NCBI GenBank assembly: GCA_003551065.1
Contig: PULU01000093.1
Span: 1 to 61,159 of the forward strand
Reading direction: 5' to 3'
Source of the DNA: Thermoplasmata archaeon
Lineage (GTDB): Archaea > Thermoplasmatota > Thermoplasmata > Halarchaeoplasmatales > Halarchaeoplasmataceae
DNA length: 61,159 nucleotides
In this document: positions 36,021 through 45,086 of the stretch, one piece after another
Numbering within the stretch: the stretch's first letter is position 1
Layout: each line of letters opens with the position of its first letter
Made by a program: the position numbers and the translations under genes
Notes under the pieces: model-generated
The model's database searches: none
What the model was told of the DNA's origin: nothing
What the model saw: the letters and a program-made list of their open reading frames with translations, nothing else

Positions 36021-36296
36021 AGTTTCCGATCATTCTATATCGGTTCCTACTTATTAAGGTTGTCAGAACATTGACATCCTCTCAATCCCGTACTCAGAGG
36101 GGGATGCTTCTTTCTCAAAGTTTCACTTACCATCAGAGGTCATCTACCTATTAATGCGTTCTAGCCAATTATGACGGATACGGTGGCATTTTGGCTGATT
36201 TATGTAATATAGTAAGGATAAAATCATTTTATGGGTAATTTGTTTTTTCTTGGAAAACAAACTACTAGGTGTGCCTAACTTCGGGAAAAACAAACT

Positions 36297-36303
36297 AAAA
36301 AAA
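36297..36303 (-). terminator. Oligo-T tract (T7 on the minus strand) 10 nt after the HEPN gene stop
   Basis: Archaeal intrinsic terminators are oligo-T runs. The A7 on the plus strand lies directly downstream of the minus-strand TA operon. Confidence 0.4.
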
Positions 36304-36312
36304 TTATTCATC

Positions 36313-36699
36313 TCACAAATAATCTTCTTTCTCTAAATGATGTATAATCTCATTAACAAATTTCTTGGCACTTTCATGCAAATCTTCAGCCTCGTGATCC
36401 GATATTACAAATGTATATTCATAATCACTTAGTTGTCTTTTACCAAAAGCTCTGTTCAATTCTCTACCCATCCATCTTGGGAAAATATCAGTCTTAACAA
36501 AATGCTTACCAAAACTAGAGATAACTCCTCTGTGAGATGAATAAGTTTTATCGAGAGTAAGGAGAACTGCTTCAGCCATGTAGAACATAGCGTAATAATC
36601 CCTTGAAACAGCAGATTCATAATCACCTGATTCATACAATAGTTTACTACTTTCAAGATACTTTTTTGCTCGTTCTACCAGGTTCTCTATTTCCTTCAT
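36313..36699 (-). CDS. HEPN-domain protein (toxin component of a HEPN-MNT pair)
   Basis: 128-aa helical protein with HEPN-like features (YYAMFYMAEAVLL, the RxxxxH-type region SSHRGVIS). It overlaps the MNT gene by 4 nt. Confidence 0.78.
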   Translation of the reverse strand: MKEIENLVERAKKYLESSKLLYESGDYESAVSRDYYAMFYMAEAVLLTLDKTYSSHRGVISSFGKHFVKTDIFPRWMGRELNRAFGKRQLSDYEYTFVISDHEAEDLHESAKKFVNEIIHHLEKEDYL

Positions 36700-37019
36700 G
36701 CCACAGCTCCCTCTCCCCTCATGTTTTTCAGTATGGGGCTGTTTAGATGTTCGTAATCATCCTTAGAAACGGGATATATGGAGATAAGCACATCGTATTT
36801 TAGATTTATATCTGTGATTATATCTATCATACGATCGATTTCCTCTCCTTTTTTTACATTGCCTGATAAAACCACAGCTATATCGATATCGGATTCGGCT
36901 GTTTCCTCTCCTCTAGCATAAGACCCATATAGTATAATCTTTTCAAGCCTATCTTCGTATAAATTTTTTAATTCGGTTTTTAGTTCTTTTATTACCTTTT
37001 CTATCCCAGACATGTCCAC
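36696..37019 (-). CDS. Minimal nucleotidyltransferase (MNT, antitoxin component)
   Basis: Pol-beta NTase signature LYGSYARGEETAESDIDIAVV. Confidence 0.85.
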   Translation of the reverse strand: MDMSGIEKVIKELKTELKNLYEDRLEKIILYGSYARGEETAESDIDIAVVLSGNVKKGEEIDRMIDIITDINLKYDVLISIYPVSKDDYEHLNSPILKNMRGEGAVA

Positions 37020-37036
37020 ATGGATATGAATGATAA

Positions 37037-37060
37037 TATAGATAAATGTTTTTATCTATA
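37037..37060. promoter_or_regulatory. Perfect 10-bp inverted repeat TATAGATAAA-tgtt-TTTATCTATA, 18-41 nt upstream of the MNT start codon
   Basis: Read directly. It overlaps the expected TATA-box position of the MNT-HEPN operon and is a plausible autoregulatory operator. Confidence 0.45.
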
Positions 37061-37272
37061 ACTAATAGATTTTCTAAAAAATCAATCCTAACCTACTTGA
37101 TATGGAATGCACTGATAGGGAAGGTTGATGAAAGTTGATATTAAAGAAGTGAGGAAAAAGATTTTTTATTGCAAGGAAGATGAAAGGGTATAAAAGGTAT
37201 CGATAACATCTAGTTAATCCTTCGTGGATTAGGTGCAGATAAGGTCAAAAACACATAGATGGAGATGAGAAG

Positions 37273-37920
37273 TTGAGTTTTGAGGAAGAAAGGGAAAAGA
37301 TGGTGAGTCGCCTAAGGCGGCGTGGTTACATAAGTAGTGATAAGGTCGAAAAAGCTATGCTTAGCGTCCCTAGGCATCTATTTGTTCCCGATTATGTGAG
37401 ATCAAGAGCTTATGTGGACAGTCCCCAGCCCATAGGTCATGATCAGACAATATCCGCCCCTCACATGGTAGCTATGATGGTTGAGGAATTAGATTTAAAA
37501 AAGGGCCATAAGGTCCTTGAGATCGGGGGAGGTCGAGGATACCATGCAGCTGTTATCTCGGAATTGGTCGGTACCGAGGGAAAAGTGATAAGCATGGAAT
37601 TACTGGAATCTTTAGCTAAGAAGGCTAAAGATTCATTAAAAAAAGCGGAGTACCTGAACGTAGAAGTCATCCAAGGCGATGGGTCCATAGGCTACGAACC
37701 CGGATCGCCTTATGATCGTATATCTGTAGCTTGCGGTGCTCCGTCTATTCCCCCTCCTTTACTTAGACAATTGAAGATAAAAGGGAAGATTTTGATACCG
37801 ATAGGAGGTAATTTTTATCAAAATCTAATATTGGCTGAAAAAACCGATAAGAACAAGATAAAAAAGAAAGATCTAGGAGGGGTTTTATTCGTTCCTCTCA
37901 AAGGTGAATATGGTTATTGA
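37273..37920 (+). CDS. pcm: Protein-L-isoaspartate O-methyltransferase
   Basis: Motifs QTISAPHMVA, VLEIGGGRGYHAA and IPIGG. TTG start preceded by GGAGA. Confidence 0.88.
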   Translation: MSFEEEREKMVSRLRRRGYISSDKVEKAMLSVPRHLFVPDYVRSRAYVDSPQPIGHDQTISAPHMVAMMVEELDLKKGHKVLEIGGGRGYHAAVISELVGTEGKVISMELLESLAKKAKDSLKKAEYLNVEVIQGDGSIGYEPGSPYDRISVACGAPSIPPPLLRQLKIKGKILIPIGGNFYQNLILAEKTDKNKIKKKDLGGVLFVPLKGEYGY

Positions 37921-37922
37921 CC

Positions 37923-39437
37923 TCACATTATAGGTACTAAATCGATGTGCGGAACCTTCTCCTCTTCACTGACTATAGCATAAAGTCCTGTTTTTGGTTT
38001 TATACCATATATACACGGTGTTTTATTTATACTGGCTATTACGAAATAATTGTCGGCCATGTTTTTGATCTCGCTTGAAACCTTCAATCCGTGTTTGACT
38101 AGACCTATGCCCAATTTGTTCGATGCTTTAGTATTGGCCACAGCTTCTAATAGTTCCTTTATGGCTATTTCGTTACCCATCAGATACTCCATAGTATCAA
38201 AACCAGTGTACTCTAGTATAGGTTTATTATCATCTCCCCTTATCTCTCCAATGTGTTTGGAGTATATCTTGCTGACTTCATCCCTGCTCTTTCCGCCTAA
38301 TGCCATCATATACGGCTTTTGGGTTTGAGGCGAAAAATAATCGACGATCCGGAATCTTTCATTGAACCTATCGGGATTTACGAATCGAACTAGATCCTCT
38401 CTAAGATTCTCTGGATGTGTACCTCCTGAAAGAACCGCTAATACACCACGATCTTGTGTCAAGAAATTCAAGAAGATCGGTCTAAGGACAGAGAAGTACT
38501 CTTCATTGCTAACATTCTCTTTTACTTCGAAGACATTGTAAGTCCCCTTGTCGAACCCACCGTTGAGTAGATCATCGAGGTCCTTTGATCCTGTGCTGTA
38601 TTTACCATCTAAGGTCTGTAAAGGTTCCCATTCCATTTCTCCTGCTTCGGGTATTTTATAGGGTTCGAAACATTTAAACTTACCCCCGCTGAGTGTCATA
38701 AGATAAGATGGTTGTTTTATACCTACGCCTCTTAATTTTATCAGGTGTATCTCTCGCACATTCCTTTTATCTAAATGATATCTATAGAGTTCAACTACGC
38801 CATCTACCAGGTATTCTAAAAACTTTGCATCCGCCTTCTCTAATACCATTATAAGATTTGTATTGGAATTTTCTGCAAGGTCTTTTTGAACCGTCATGAT
38901 GAAAGTTTCCTCATCTATTCCATATTTACTGGTGATACCCTCTACGCTGTCAATAACCAGGGTAGGTCGCTCAGGCAGTGTCTGATCGATCCTATCGTAT
39001 ATGTTCTCCAGGGAGGGTATCTTTTTATCTAGGTTGGAAAGGTGAGTCCTATCTACCTCTTCAGGAGGACCACTTTCTTCTATATTGTCTAAGAACTTTT
39101 TAGCAGATTCGATCTTCATCTTTTCCGATTCAGGTAATTCGTCTTCTTCCTCAAATTCTTCGTCTTCATATATCGTTTCTAAAAAAATCTTACTAGAATC
39201 CAGTACTCTGCTTTTCATCTCCTTTTCTTCGAGCCAAGGAAATTGTTGATATAAACTTTCATCAGATACTCTAGTAGATAAGTAAAAACTTTTATTAGGA
39301 TCACCCATCTCTTCGATCAGTTGTAGAGCGAGTGTGGTTTTACCTGTACCTGCAGACCCCTTAAGAAAAATAGAGGATCCTCCTTTTTTTTCCAGAAATT
39401 CAATTATCTCTTTAGGTATGCCTTCAACTTTCGTCAT
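37923..39437 (-). CDS. Two-domain RecA/KaiC-superfamily ATPase (GvpD-like architecture)
   Basis: Walker A is GSAGTGKTT and Walker B is PTLVIDSVEG. A second KaiC-like half (STGSKDLDDLLNGGFDKGT) has no P-loop. The GvpD likeness is from memory only. Confidence 0.65.
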   Translation of the reverse strand: MTKVEGIPKEIIEFLEKKGGSSIFLKGSAGTGKTTLALQLIEEMGDPNKSFYLSTRVSDESLYQQFPWLEEKEMKSRVLDSSKIFLETIYEDEEFEEEDELPESEKMKIESAKKFLDNIEESGPPEEVDRTHLSNLDKKIPSLENIYDRIDQTLPERPTLVIDSVEGITSKYGIDEETFIMTVQKDLAENSNTNLIMVLEKADAKFLEYLVDGVVELYRYHLDKRNVREIHLIKLRGVGIKQPSYLMTLSGGKFKCFEPYKIPEAGEMEWEPLQTLDGKYSTGSKDLDDLLNGGFDKGTYNVFEVKENVSNEEYFSVLRPIFLNFLTQDRGVLAVLSGGTHPENLREDLVRFVNPDRFNERFRIVDYFSPQTQKPYMMALGGKSRDEVSKIYSKHIGEIRGDDNKPILEYTGFDTMEYLMGNEIAIKELLEAVANTKASNKLGIGLVKHGLKVSSEIKNMADNYFVIASINKTPCIYGIKPKTGLYAIVSEEEKVPHIDLVPIM

Positions 39438-39823
39438 TTTTTCACCTCGATTTCTAGTGAACCTTCTCTTATTTCTTTCAGTTTTTTAGATATATCATCC
39501 ATTATTTCGATCAGTCTTTCTTCATCTTCTGATTTACCCATCATCGATAAAACAGAGTCTGAGGAGTTCTCTTGAATAAATAATATGGATTCGTCAGACC
39601 GTATTATAATATCTACCGGTTGTTTTTTTTCTAAGGCGGAAAATATCACTTCTGAAGCTCCTAATATGGTAGCTGAAAGGGTGCTAAAACTTTCGTGTTC
39701 ATCTTTCTTTTCAACATAACTTGCTATGGGTATACCATTTTTTGATGTTAAAGCAATAGCTTCGATATCGTTTTCTTTTACTGGTTCTTTGAATATCTCT
39801 TCGATCTGGCTTTTGATAGTCAT
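39434..39823 (-). CDS. Roadblock/LC7 (MglB-like) domain protein
   Basis: 129 aa with the Roadblock pattern (IEAIALTSKNGIPIASYV ... SATILGASEVIF ... ILFIQ). Its stop overlaps the ATPase start (ATGA). Confidence 0.68.
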   Translation of the reverse strand: MTIKSQIEEIFKEPVKENDIEAIALTSKNGIPIASYVEKKDEHESFSTLSATILGASEVIFSALEKKQPVDIIIRSDESILFIQENSSDSVLSMMGKSEDEERLIEIMDDISKKLKEIREGSLEIEVKK

Positions 39824-39932
39824 AATCTCAAACTCCGGTCAGGTTTGAAAGAATCATTTGGAACCTTATGTATTTAACCCTATATTAATTTTTCATCCTT
39901 TTTGGGTATGATGAATCTCCATATACTCACCC

Positions 39933-40157
39933 TCATAATTGATCTAAAAAATCGATATTTTTCCTTCCTTCCATCATCTTCTTCATATCTGAAACCAGTG
40001 ACTCATAATAATTTAAGTGATTTCTGACGGTCTCCAATTCCCTCTTCAGATTTTTTTCTTTTTCTTCGATTTCCTTTATCTCTTTCCTGACCTCTCTATA
40101 TCTTTCTTTGTAGTGGGATAAGATATTATTTAAATCTTCTAAACTAGTTTTATCCAC
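39933..40157 (-). CDS. Small coiled-coil protein, unknown function
   Basis: 74 aa with heptad-rich K/E sequence. It starts 6 nt after the preceding small gene. Confidence 0.5.
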   Translation of the reverse strand: MDKTSLEDLNNILSHYKERYREVRKEIKEIEEKEKNLKRELETVRNHLNYYESLVSDMKKMMEGRKNIDFLDQL

Positions 40158-40163
40158 TTAACA

Positions 40164-40403
40164 TCACCTTATTAAAAAATCATCGAATTTCTCTGAAATC
40201 CTAACTTTATCGAGTTCATCCCTTTTTGCAGCCCTCATCACATCTTCGATTTCTTTTATATTCTCTTTTAATTTTTTTGCTTTTTTCTGAAGATACTTCT
40301 TTCTTTTTTGGATTTTTTTGAGCCTTTTTAATATTTCTTTCTCTCTTTCCCTCCATTTTTCTCGTTCTTCGATAGCCATCAACGTTTTAGATACGCTGCT
40401 CAA
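40164..40403 (-). CDS. Small basic coiled-coil protein, unknown function
   Basis: 79 aa and extremely K/R/E-rich. It starts 14 nt after the csl4 stop. Confidence 0.5.
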   Translation of the reverse strand: MSSVSKTLMAIEEREKWREREKEILKRLKKIQKRKKYLQKKAKKLKENIKEIEDVMRAAKRDELDKVRISEKFDDFLIR

Positions 40404-40417
40404 TTTATAACCCCAAA

Positions 40418-40993
40418 TTAACGCTTTTTTAATTTTATTTTGCCATATGCTTTAGATATCTTTCTTTTATCGTAAAGATCGCAGTACTCACAATACAATT
40501 TATTTCGGCGTAGCTCCATATCCTTTCGACAATCTGTGCAGAACCCTTTTACTATTCCAAGATTCTTCTCTTTTGTCGTTACCTGTATTGATGGTTCCGT
40601 CTGAATGACCTTTGCCCTAACTATATCCCCTTTTTTGTAAGCAGTATCTACACTTTCTATATAATCCTCTGAGATCTTAGAAACGTGTAAAGAGCCTTCT
40701 AGGTCCATAGCTATCCCACGTGGTTCCCCTTCTACGAGTTCAATAGAAATCGATGCTATAGACCCTCTATTATTATTAATCTTACCATATACGATATCAC
40801 CATTTTCGACCAAAGAAACAGGATTAACGCCTTCTACACTTGCGACGAGATCTTCATCATCATATTTAACTTTACCAAATATAGAAGAATATACATAGCC
40901 TTCTTCTTCATACGTTCCTTCTCCTGGGAGCCACTCTTCACTCGCCCCTATTTTATCTCCAGGAGCCACTATATCATCTTCTGTTTTTTTCAT
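40418..40993 (-). CDS. csl4: Exosome complex RNA-binding protein Csl4
   Basis: N-terminal domain + S1 domain (GDIVRAKVI) + C-terminal Zn ribbon (CTDC...CEYC). Confidence 0.8.
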   Translation of the reverse strand: MKKTEDDIVAPGDKIGASEEWLPGEGTYEEEGYVYSSIFGKVKYDDEDLVASVEGVNPVSLVENGDIVYGKINNNRGSIASISIELVEGEPRGIAMDLEGSLHVSKISEDYIESVDTAYKKGDIVRAKVIQTEPSIQVTTKEKNLGIVKGFCTDCRKDMELRRNKLYCEYCDLYDKRKISKAYGKIKLKKR

Positions 40994-41014
40994 CTTATTA
41001 CCTCTTGTAGATAT

Positions 41015-41647
41015 TTATGATCTTGGATCTTCTAATCTTCCTAATACGAACAATATCACTTCTATGCTTTTCGAGTCATCTGTATGGAAATTAAAAATCC
41101 TATCTATTTCAAACATATATCTTTTTTCCCAAAAAATATGGAAATCCTTTTTTATCACATAATTTCTTATATATCCTTCTGTTTTTTTATTGTGCAGCGA
41201 GTATATCCTATCAGCACTTTCGAAAGCAACTTCCAGAAATGGGATGTCTGCTCCTTTCTTTTGGGCACCGAATGGTGGATTCATAAATATTGTATCTCCA
41301 TATCCTATAAATTCTTTTATATCGCAGATTTCAAAACTGATCTTATCCTGGAGTTCAAAATCTTCTACGACATCTTTAGCCACCTTAACAGCTGAACGAT
41401 CTATATCTACTCCTATGACTTTATCAGCACCTAGTAGGGCAGCACCTATTGAAAAGATCCCGGTACCACATCCAAGATCCAGAACCTTCTTTTCATAGAT
41501 ATCATCATTTACCAATGCATGAAATAATATGTCTGCAGCGATATGAGATGGCGTGGGATATTGTTCGAGGTGGGCTTTTGGTTCAGGATGTGAAGGAATC
41601 TTCTCTAATTCTATCTCGAGATGTTTTTTCTTCATAACCATGATCAT
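41015..41647 (-). CDS. METTL5-like SAM-dependent RNA methyltransferase (COG2263)
   Basis: LEQYPTP signature, SAM motif LDLGCGTG and catalytic NPPFG. It neighbours csl4 as in the archaeal exosome superoperon. Confidence 0.8.
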   Translation of the reverse strand: MIMVMKKKHLEIELEKIPSHPEPKAHLEQYPTPSHIAADILFHALVNDDIYEKKVLDLGCGTGIFSIGAALLGADKVIGVDIDRSAVKVAKDVVEDFELQDKISFEICDIKEFIGYGDTIFMNPPFGAQKKGADIPFLEVAFESADRIYSLHNKKTEGYIRNYVIKKDFHIFWEKRYMFEIDRIFNFHTDDSKSIEVILFVLGRLEDPRS

Positions 41648-42018
41648 TCATGTCTTTTCCATACCTCATCAGAGAGATCATCGTAAACGCTTTTATCCTC
41701 TGTTTTTTCTTTTTCCTTTTTCTCTGATAAGATCTTTTTGATTTTATCTTCTTTGATCTTCCAATAGTGGATCCTCCATTTTTTTCCACTAGGTAGATAA
41801 GCTGTTTCCTCCTCTGTGGTCAAAATATCATAATCTTCAAGCATGTAGAAAAGGTCCCTTTCCCTGGAAGACAATAAATTATCTGTGATGGATTTATCAT
41901 AACCAAACAGATTCATCACTTTTTCAGCTATAACTTCGGATTCTTCAGGTTCTATATCCCTATCTTTAAGAACTTTGATTACAGCCTTCTTGAACTCCTC
42001 TATCCTTACCCTAGCCAA
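41644..42018 (-). CDS. Conserved-looking hypothetical protein
   Basis: 124-aa ORF with a TTG start that overlaps the downstream methyltransferase gene by 4 nt. No family was recognised. Confidence 0.5.
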   Translation of the reverse strand: MARVRIEEFKKAVIKVLKDRDIEPEESEVIAEKVMNLFGYDKSITDNLLSSRERDLFYMLEDYDILTTEEETAYLPSGKKWRIHYWKIKEDKIKKILSEKKEKEKTEDKSVYDDLSDEVWKRHE

Positions 42019-42106
42019 ATGAACTCACCGGGGATTTAGAATATATTGATTATGTATAAAATTATCCCAACATTTTAAGGATTTTTCTATTAAGATTTTA
42101 AAAATG

Positions 42107-43075
42107 TCATGTTTCGATTGTTATCCCGATCTCCTCGGCGATCTCTTTGTATCTGTTACGGATAGTGACCTCGGTTACTCCTGCAACCTCCGCTATCGCT
42201 CTTTGTGTTCTAGGATCCCCTTCAAGGATGGATGATATATATATGGCTGCGGCAGCGATACCTGTAGGCCCCTTTCCAGAGGTCAATCCTAATTTGTTGG
42301 CCTGTTCTATGATATTTTCACCCTTATTTACAACATTTCTATCAAGATCGAGTTTGCTACAGAACCTCTTCAAATAATTTTCTGGCTTAGTAGGAAGTAA
42401 TTTCAATTGTAGTTCCCTAGATAAGAAACGGTACGCTCTACCGATCTGTTTTTCATCAGCCTGGGCAACATTGGATATCTCTGTAAGGGTACGAGGAACA
42501 TCACATTTTCTACAACCTGCATATAATGAAGAGGCTATCACGGTTTCTATACTCCTACCCCGGATGAGGTTCTTTTCGACCGCCTTCCGATATATCATAG
42601 CGGCGGTCTCTCTGATACTCCTAGGTAATCCCATCTTAGATGATAATCTGTCTAGTTCTCTTAGAGCAGTAGCTAGATTTCTCTCAGTAGCATTGGAAAC
42701 TCTTATCCTTCTATGCCATTTTCTCACACGATATATCTGCCCTCTGTTTTTATGGGGTATCGTTCTTCCGTAGGCATCTTTATTTTTCCAGGAGATCTGG
42801 GTTGATAGACCTTTATCATGACTTAGATAATTCATTGGAGCACCGGTTCTAGACCTTTTTTCCTTCTGTTTAGCATCGAAAGCCCTCCACTCTGGTCCAT
42901 CGTCTATGTATTGATCATCTATAACCAACCCACAATTTTCGCATAACAACTCTCCCCGATGATAATCTTTTGAAACATGTTCACTGGAACATTCGGGACA
43001 TTCTTGAATCTTTTCTATTTTTTTTTGTGGGTTTTCTTTTAATCTGTTCTCCATCTTAACATACCCAAGTTTCAA
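42107..43075 (-). CDS. tfb: Transcription initiation factor B (TFIIB homolog)
   Basis: N-terminal Zn ribbon CPECSS...CENCGLV followed by two cyclin-like repeats. The start is either the TTG at 43075 (GGAGA upstream) or the ATG at 43054. Confidence 0.9.
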   Translation of the reverse strand: MKLGYVKMENRLKENPQKKIEKIQECPECSSEHVSKDYHRGELLCENCGLVIDDQYIDDGPEWRAFDAKQKEKRSRTGAPMNYLSHDKGLSTQISWKNKDAYGRTIPHKNRGQIYRVRKWHRRIRVSNATERNLATALRELDRLSSKMGLPRSIRETAAMIYRKAVEKNLIRGRSIETVIASSLYAGCRKCDVPRTLTEISNVAQADEKQIGRAYRFLSRELQLKLLPTKPENYLKRFCSKLDLDRNVVNKGENIIEQANKLGLTSGKGPTGIAAAAIYISSILEGDPRTQRAIAEVAGVTEVTIRNRYKEIAEEIGITIET

Positions 43076-43149
43076 TCTAATCTCCTAGCCGTTTATATAA
43101 AACTTCCGCCGGCTTCTATAAATAAAGAAATCCTACCAGCCTAAATATT

Positions 43150-43773
43150 TTACTTGTATGATATAGGTGTTTTTACCGTATGGATAAGTTTTTTAGCCCA
43201 ACGTAGTTTCTTTTTCTTGATACTGTCATCACCAATTTTTTTTGCTGGTCTATCAAAATCCCATCCGTTAAGGATTATATGTTCAGCACCGAAATGATCT
43301 GCTATAAAAACACATCGATCACCGTCGGTAAAACCTCCAAAATTGTAAACTGTGTTGATAGGTCTACATTGGCAAGTTGAGACAACTTTCCCTCTAAATC
43401 TTTGTCCCCATCTCTTGATAAGCTCTTGGTTATCCCCGTGAGCATGTATAAAAGTCGGTATTCCTTCGACGTTCTTATTCTTTTGTAGGGATGTATCTCC
43501 ATCTAAGTCTGTGACAAGAAAGAATTTGTTTCCCTCTATATCTTTGAATTTTGATATGGCCGAGCCAGCTATAAACACGTATTCTTCACAATAGTCCCCG
43601 GCATATGGCCCTAGTACTTCGACTCTCGAGCCATGGATCTGTTTTATAAAATCCAATCTGTCTGATCCCCTGATCTGATCTAGCAGCTTAGCTGCTTTGA
43701 TATCTTCTTGTTTCGAATAGTTAAAATCTTGGAGTATCTCTTCATATATAGGTTTCCAATCTTCGTAATCCAT
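43150..43773 (-). CDS. mptE: 6-hydroxymethyl-7,8-dihydropterin pyrophosphokinase, archaeal MptE type (DUF115)
   Basis: VTDLDGD and HAHGDN motifs and a size near 200 aa. Adjacency to tfb is common in archaea (from memory). Confidence 0.62.
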   Translation of the reverse strand: MDYEDWKPIYEEILQDFNYSKQEDIKAAKLLDQIRGSDRLDFIKQIHGSRVEVLGPYAGDYCEEYVFIAGSAISKFKDIEGNKFFLVTDLDGDTSLQKNKNVEGIPTFIHAHGDNQELIKRWGQRFRGKVVSTCQCRPINTVYNFGGFTDGDRCVFIADHFGAEHIILNGWDFDRPAKKIGDDSIKKKKLRWAKKLIHTVKTPISYK

Positions 43774-43797
43774 ATTATTTATCCCTACAGGGTCACT

Positions 43798-44946
43798 TTA
43801 TTCCTCTTCCTCATTTTCATCTTCATCCTCATCCTCTTCCTCATCTTCTTCCCCGAAGCTGGTATTAGTGATACCTCCGAGGATGCCTATCAATAATCCT
43901 AAAGTTATGTTTATCGCCACCATGGGAAGAACATTTGCCGCTTCCATCCCTACCATGACTCTTATGTATCCGAAAGCTCCCCAGAATATGAAAGTGAGTG
44001 CTAATAAAGAGAATAGTATAGCCCAGAATGATTTTTTGATTCTCCCCTTTTTCAGATAAGTATCTATCACCTGACCTAATTCATGTAAAAATATAGCTCC
44101 TATCCACCACCAGATGACATTACTTGCAAAGGCTAGGAAAGCTATGAAAAAGGAGGGATCCTCCAGTTCCATGATAGCATCCCATCCGATCTGGGTGCTG
44201 CCAAGAACTATCAATATCGCTACTATCGAGAAAGGTAGCCATACCGATGCTGTACTTATGGCTTTTTTGAGGTCAAAATAGGATTTAATTAACTTTCTAT
44301 CTAATTCGAATATTCTACCGATAACATAGATACCTAGAACAAATGATATGATACCTACGCCGAAGGATGAAAATCCACCGATGGCACCCCACCCCCTATA
44401 ATATATGTCTCCAATTAGAGAAAGTACTGTGAAAAAACCATAAACTAGCAGAGCAAGGGAGATAGGGAACAATACCTTTCTTTTCGTTTTTTCCTCCTGT
44501 AAACTTTTTACTACCATATAGTAGAAATTTTCAACACTTTTGATCTGTTTTACATGAACGTTCTTTACATGGGATATATCCACTTTTGAAGTGATTATAG
44601 GTGTGATGTATTCATCTTCAGCCCCATCTGAAACTATAATAGTAGTATCTGGTTTCACCTTTTTTAGTACCTTGTCCACTTCTGCGGCTAAGGCTTCATC
44701 AGATTTCCATCCTATCTGAGTAGAACCACATACTGCTGCTACCTCGACATCGTCACCTTTTTTTTTCATTTCATCGTAAGTAGAGATAGCAGAAAATATG
44801 GAATTTGTATCTGAATCTTCAGGATCTTTTAATCCCAGCTTTACAGCTGCATCTAGCATTTCCTTTCTTCCTATCAAGGGTGTATTCAATCCAGTTTTGG
44901 TACCTATATCATCATCCCTGTCTATACAGAGGATAAGTTTCCTCAT
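43798..44946 (-). CDS. Archaeal DUF373-family membrane protein with a poly-acidic C-terminal tail
   Basis: N-terminal soluble domain ILCIDRDDDIG...DPEDSDTN, then several TM helices, ending in EEDEEEDEDEDENEEEE. Confidence 0.68.
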   Translation of the reverse strand: MRKLILCIDRDDDIGTKTGLNTPLIGRKEMLDAAVKLGLKDPEDSDTNSIFSAISTYDEMKKKGDDVEVAAVCGSTQIGWKSDEALAAEVDKVLKKVKPDTTIIVSDGAEDEYITPIITSKVDISHVKNVHVKQIKSVENFYYMVVKSLQEEKTKRKVLFPISLALLVYGFFTVLSLIGDIYYRGWGAIGGFSSFGVGIISFVLGIYVIGRIFELDRKLIKSYFDLKKAISTASVWLPFSIVAILIVLGSTQIGWDAIMELEDPSFFIAFLAFASNVIWWWIGAIFLHELGQVIDTYLKKGRIKKSFWAILFSLLALTFIFWGAFGYIRVMVGMEAANVLPMVAINITLGLLIGILGGITNTSFGEEDEEEDEDEDENEEEE

Positions 44947-45086
44947 CTATCTTGCTCCTACCTTTTGAAAGTGATTTTGGGTATATCCTGAATCCTTAGC
45001 AAATTATTTAATTTTTTCCTGAGAAAACTCCTATAATTGTTCATCTGCCGAATCTTTTTTAACCGTAAAGGGAATACATCATCCGT

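Noticed and set aside
43525-43550. A sequence resembling the intergenic motif (GAATTTGTTTCCCTCTATATC) inside the mptE coding region.
   Set aside because: It is an imperfect match inside a coding region, so it is probably coincidental. I did not count it as a motif copy.
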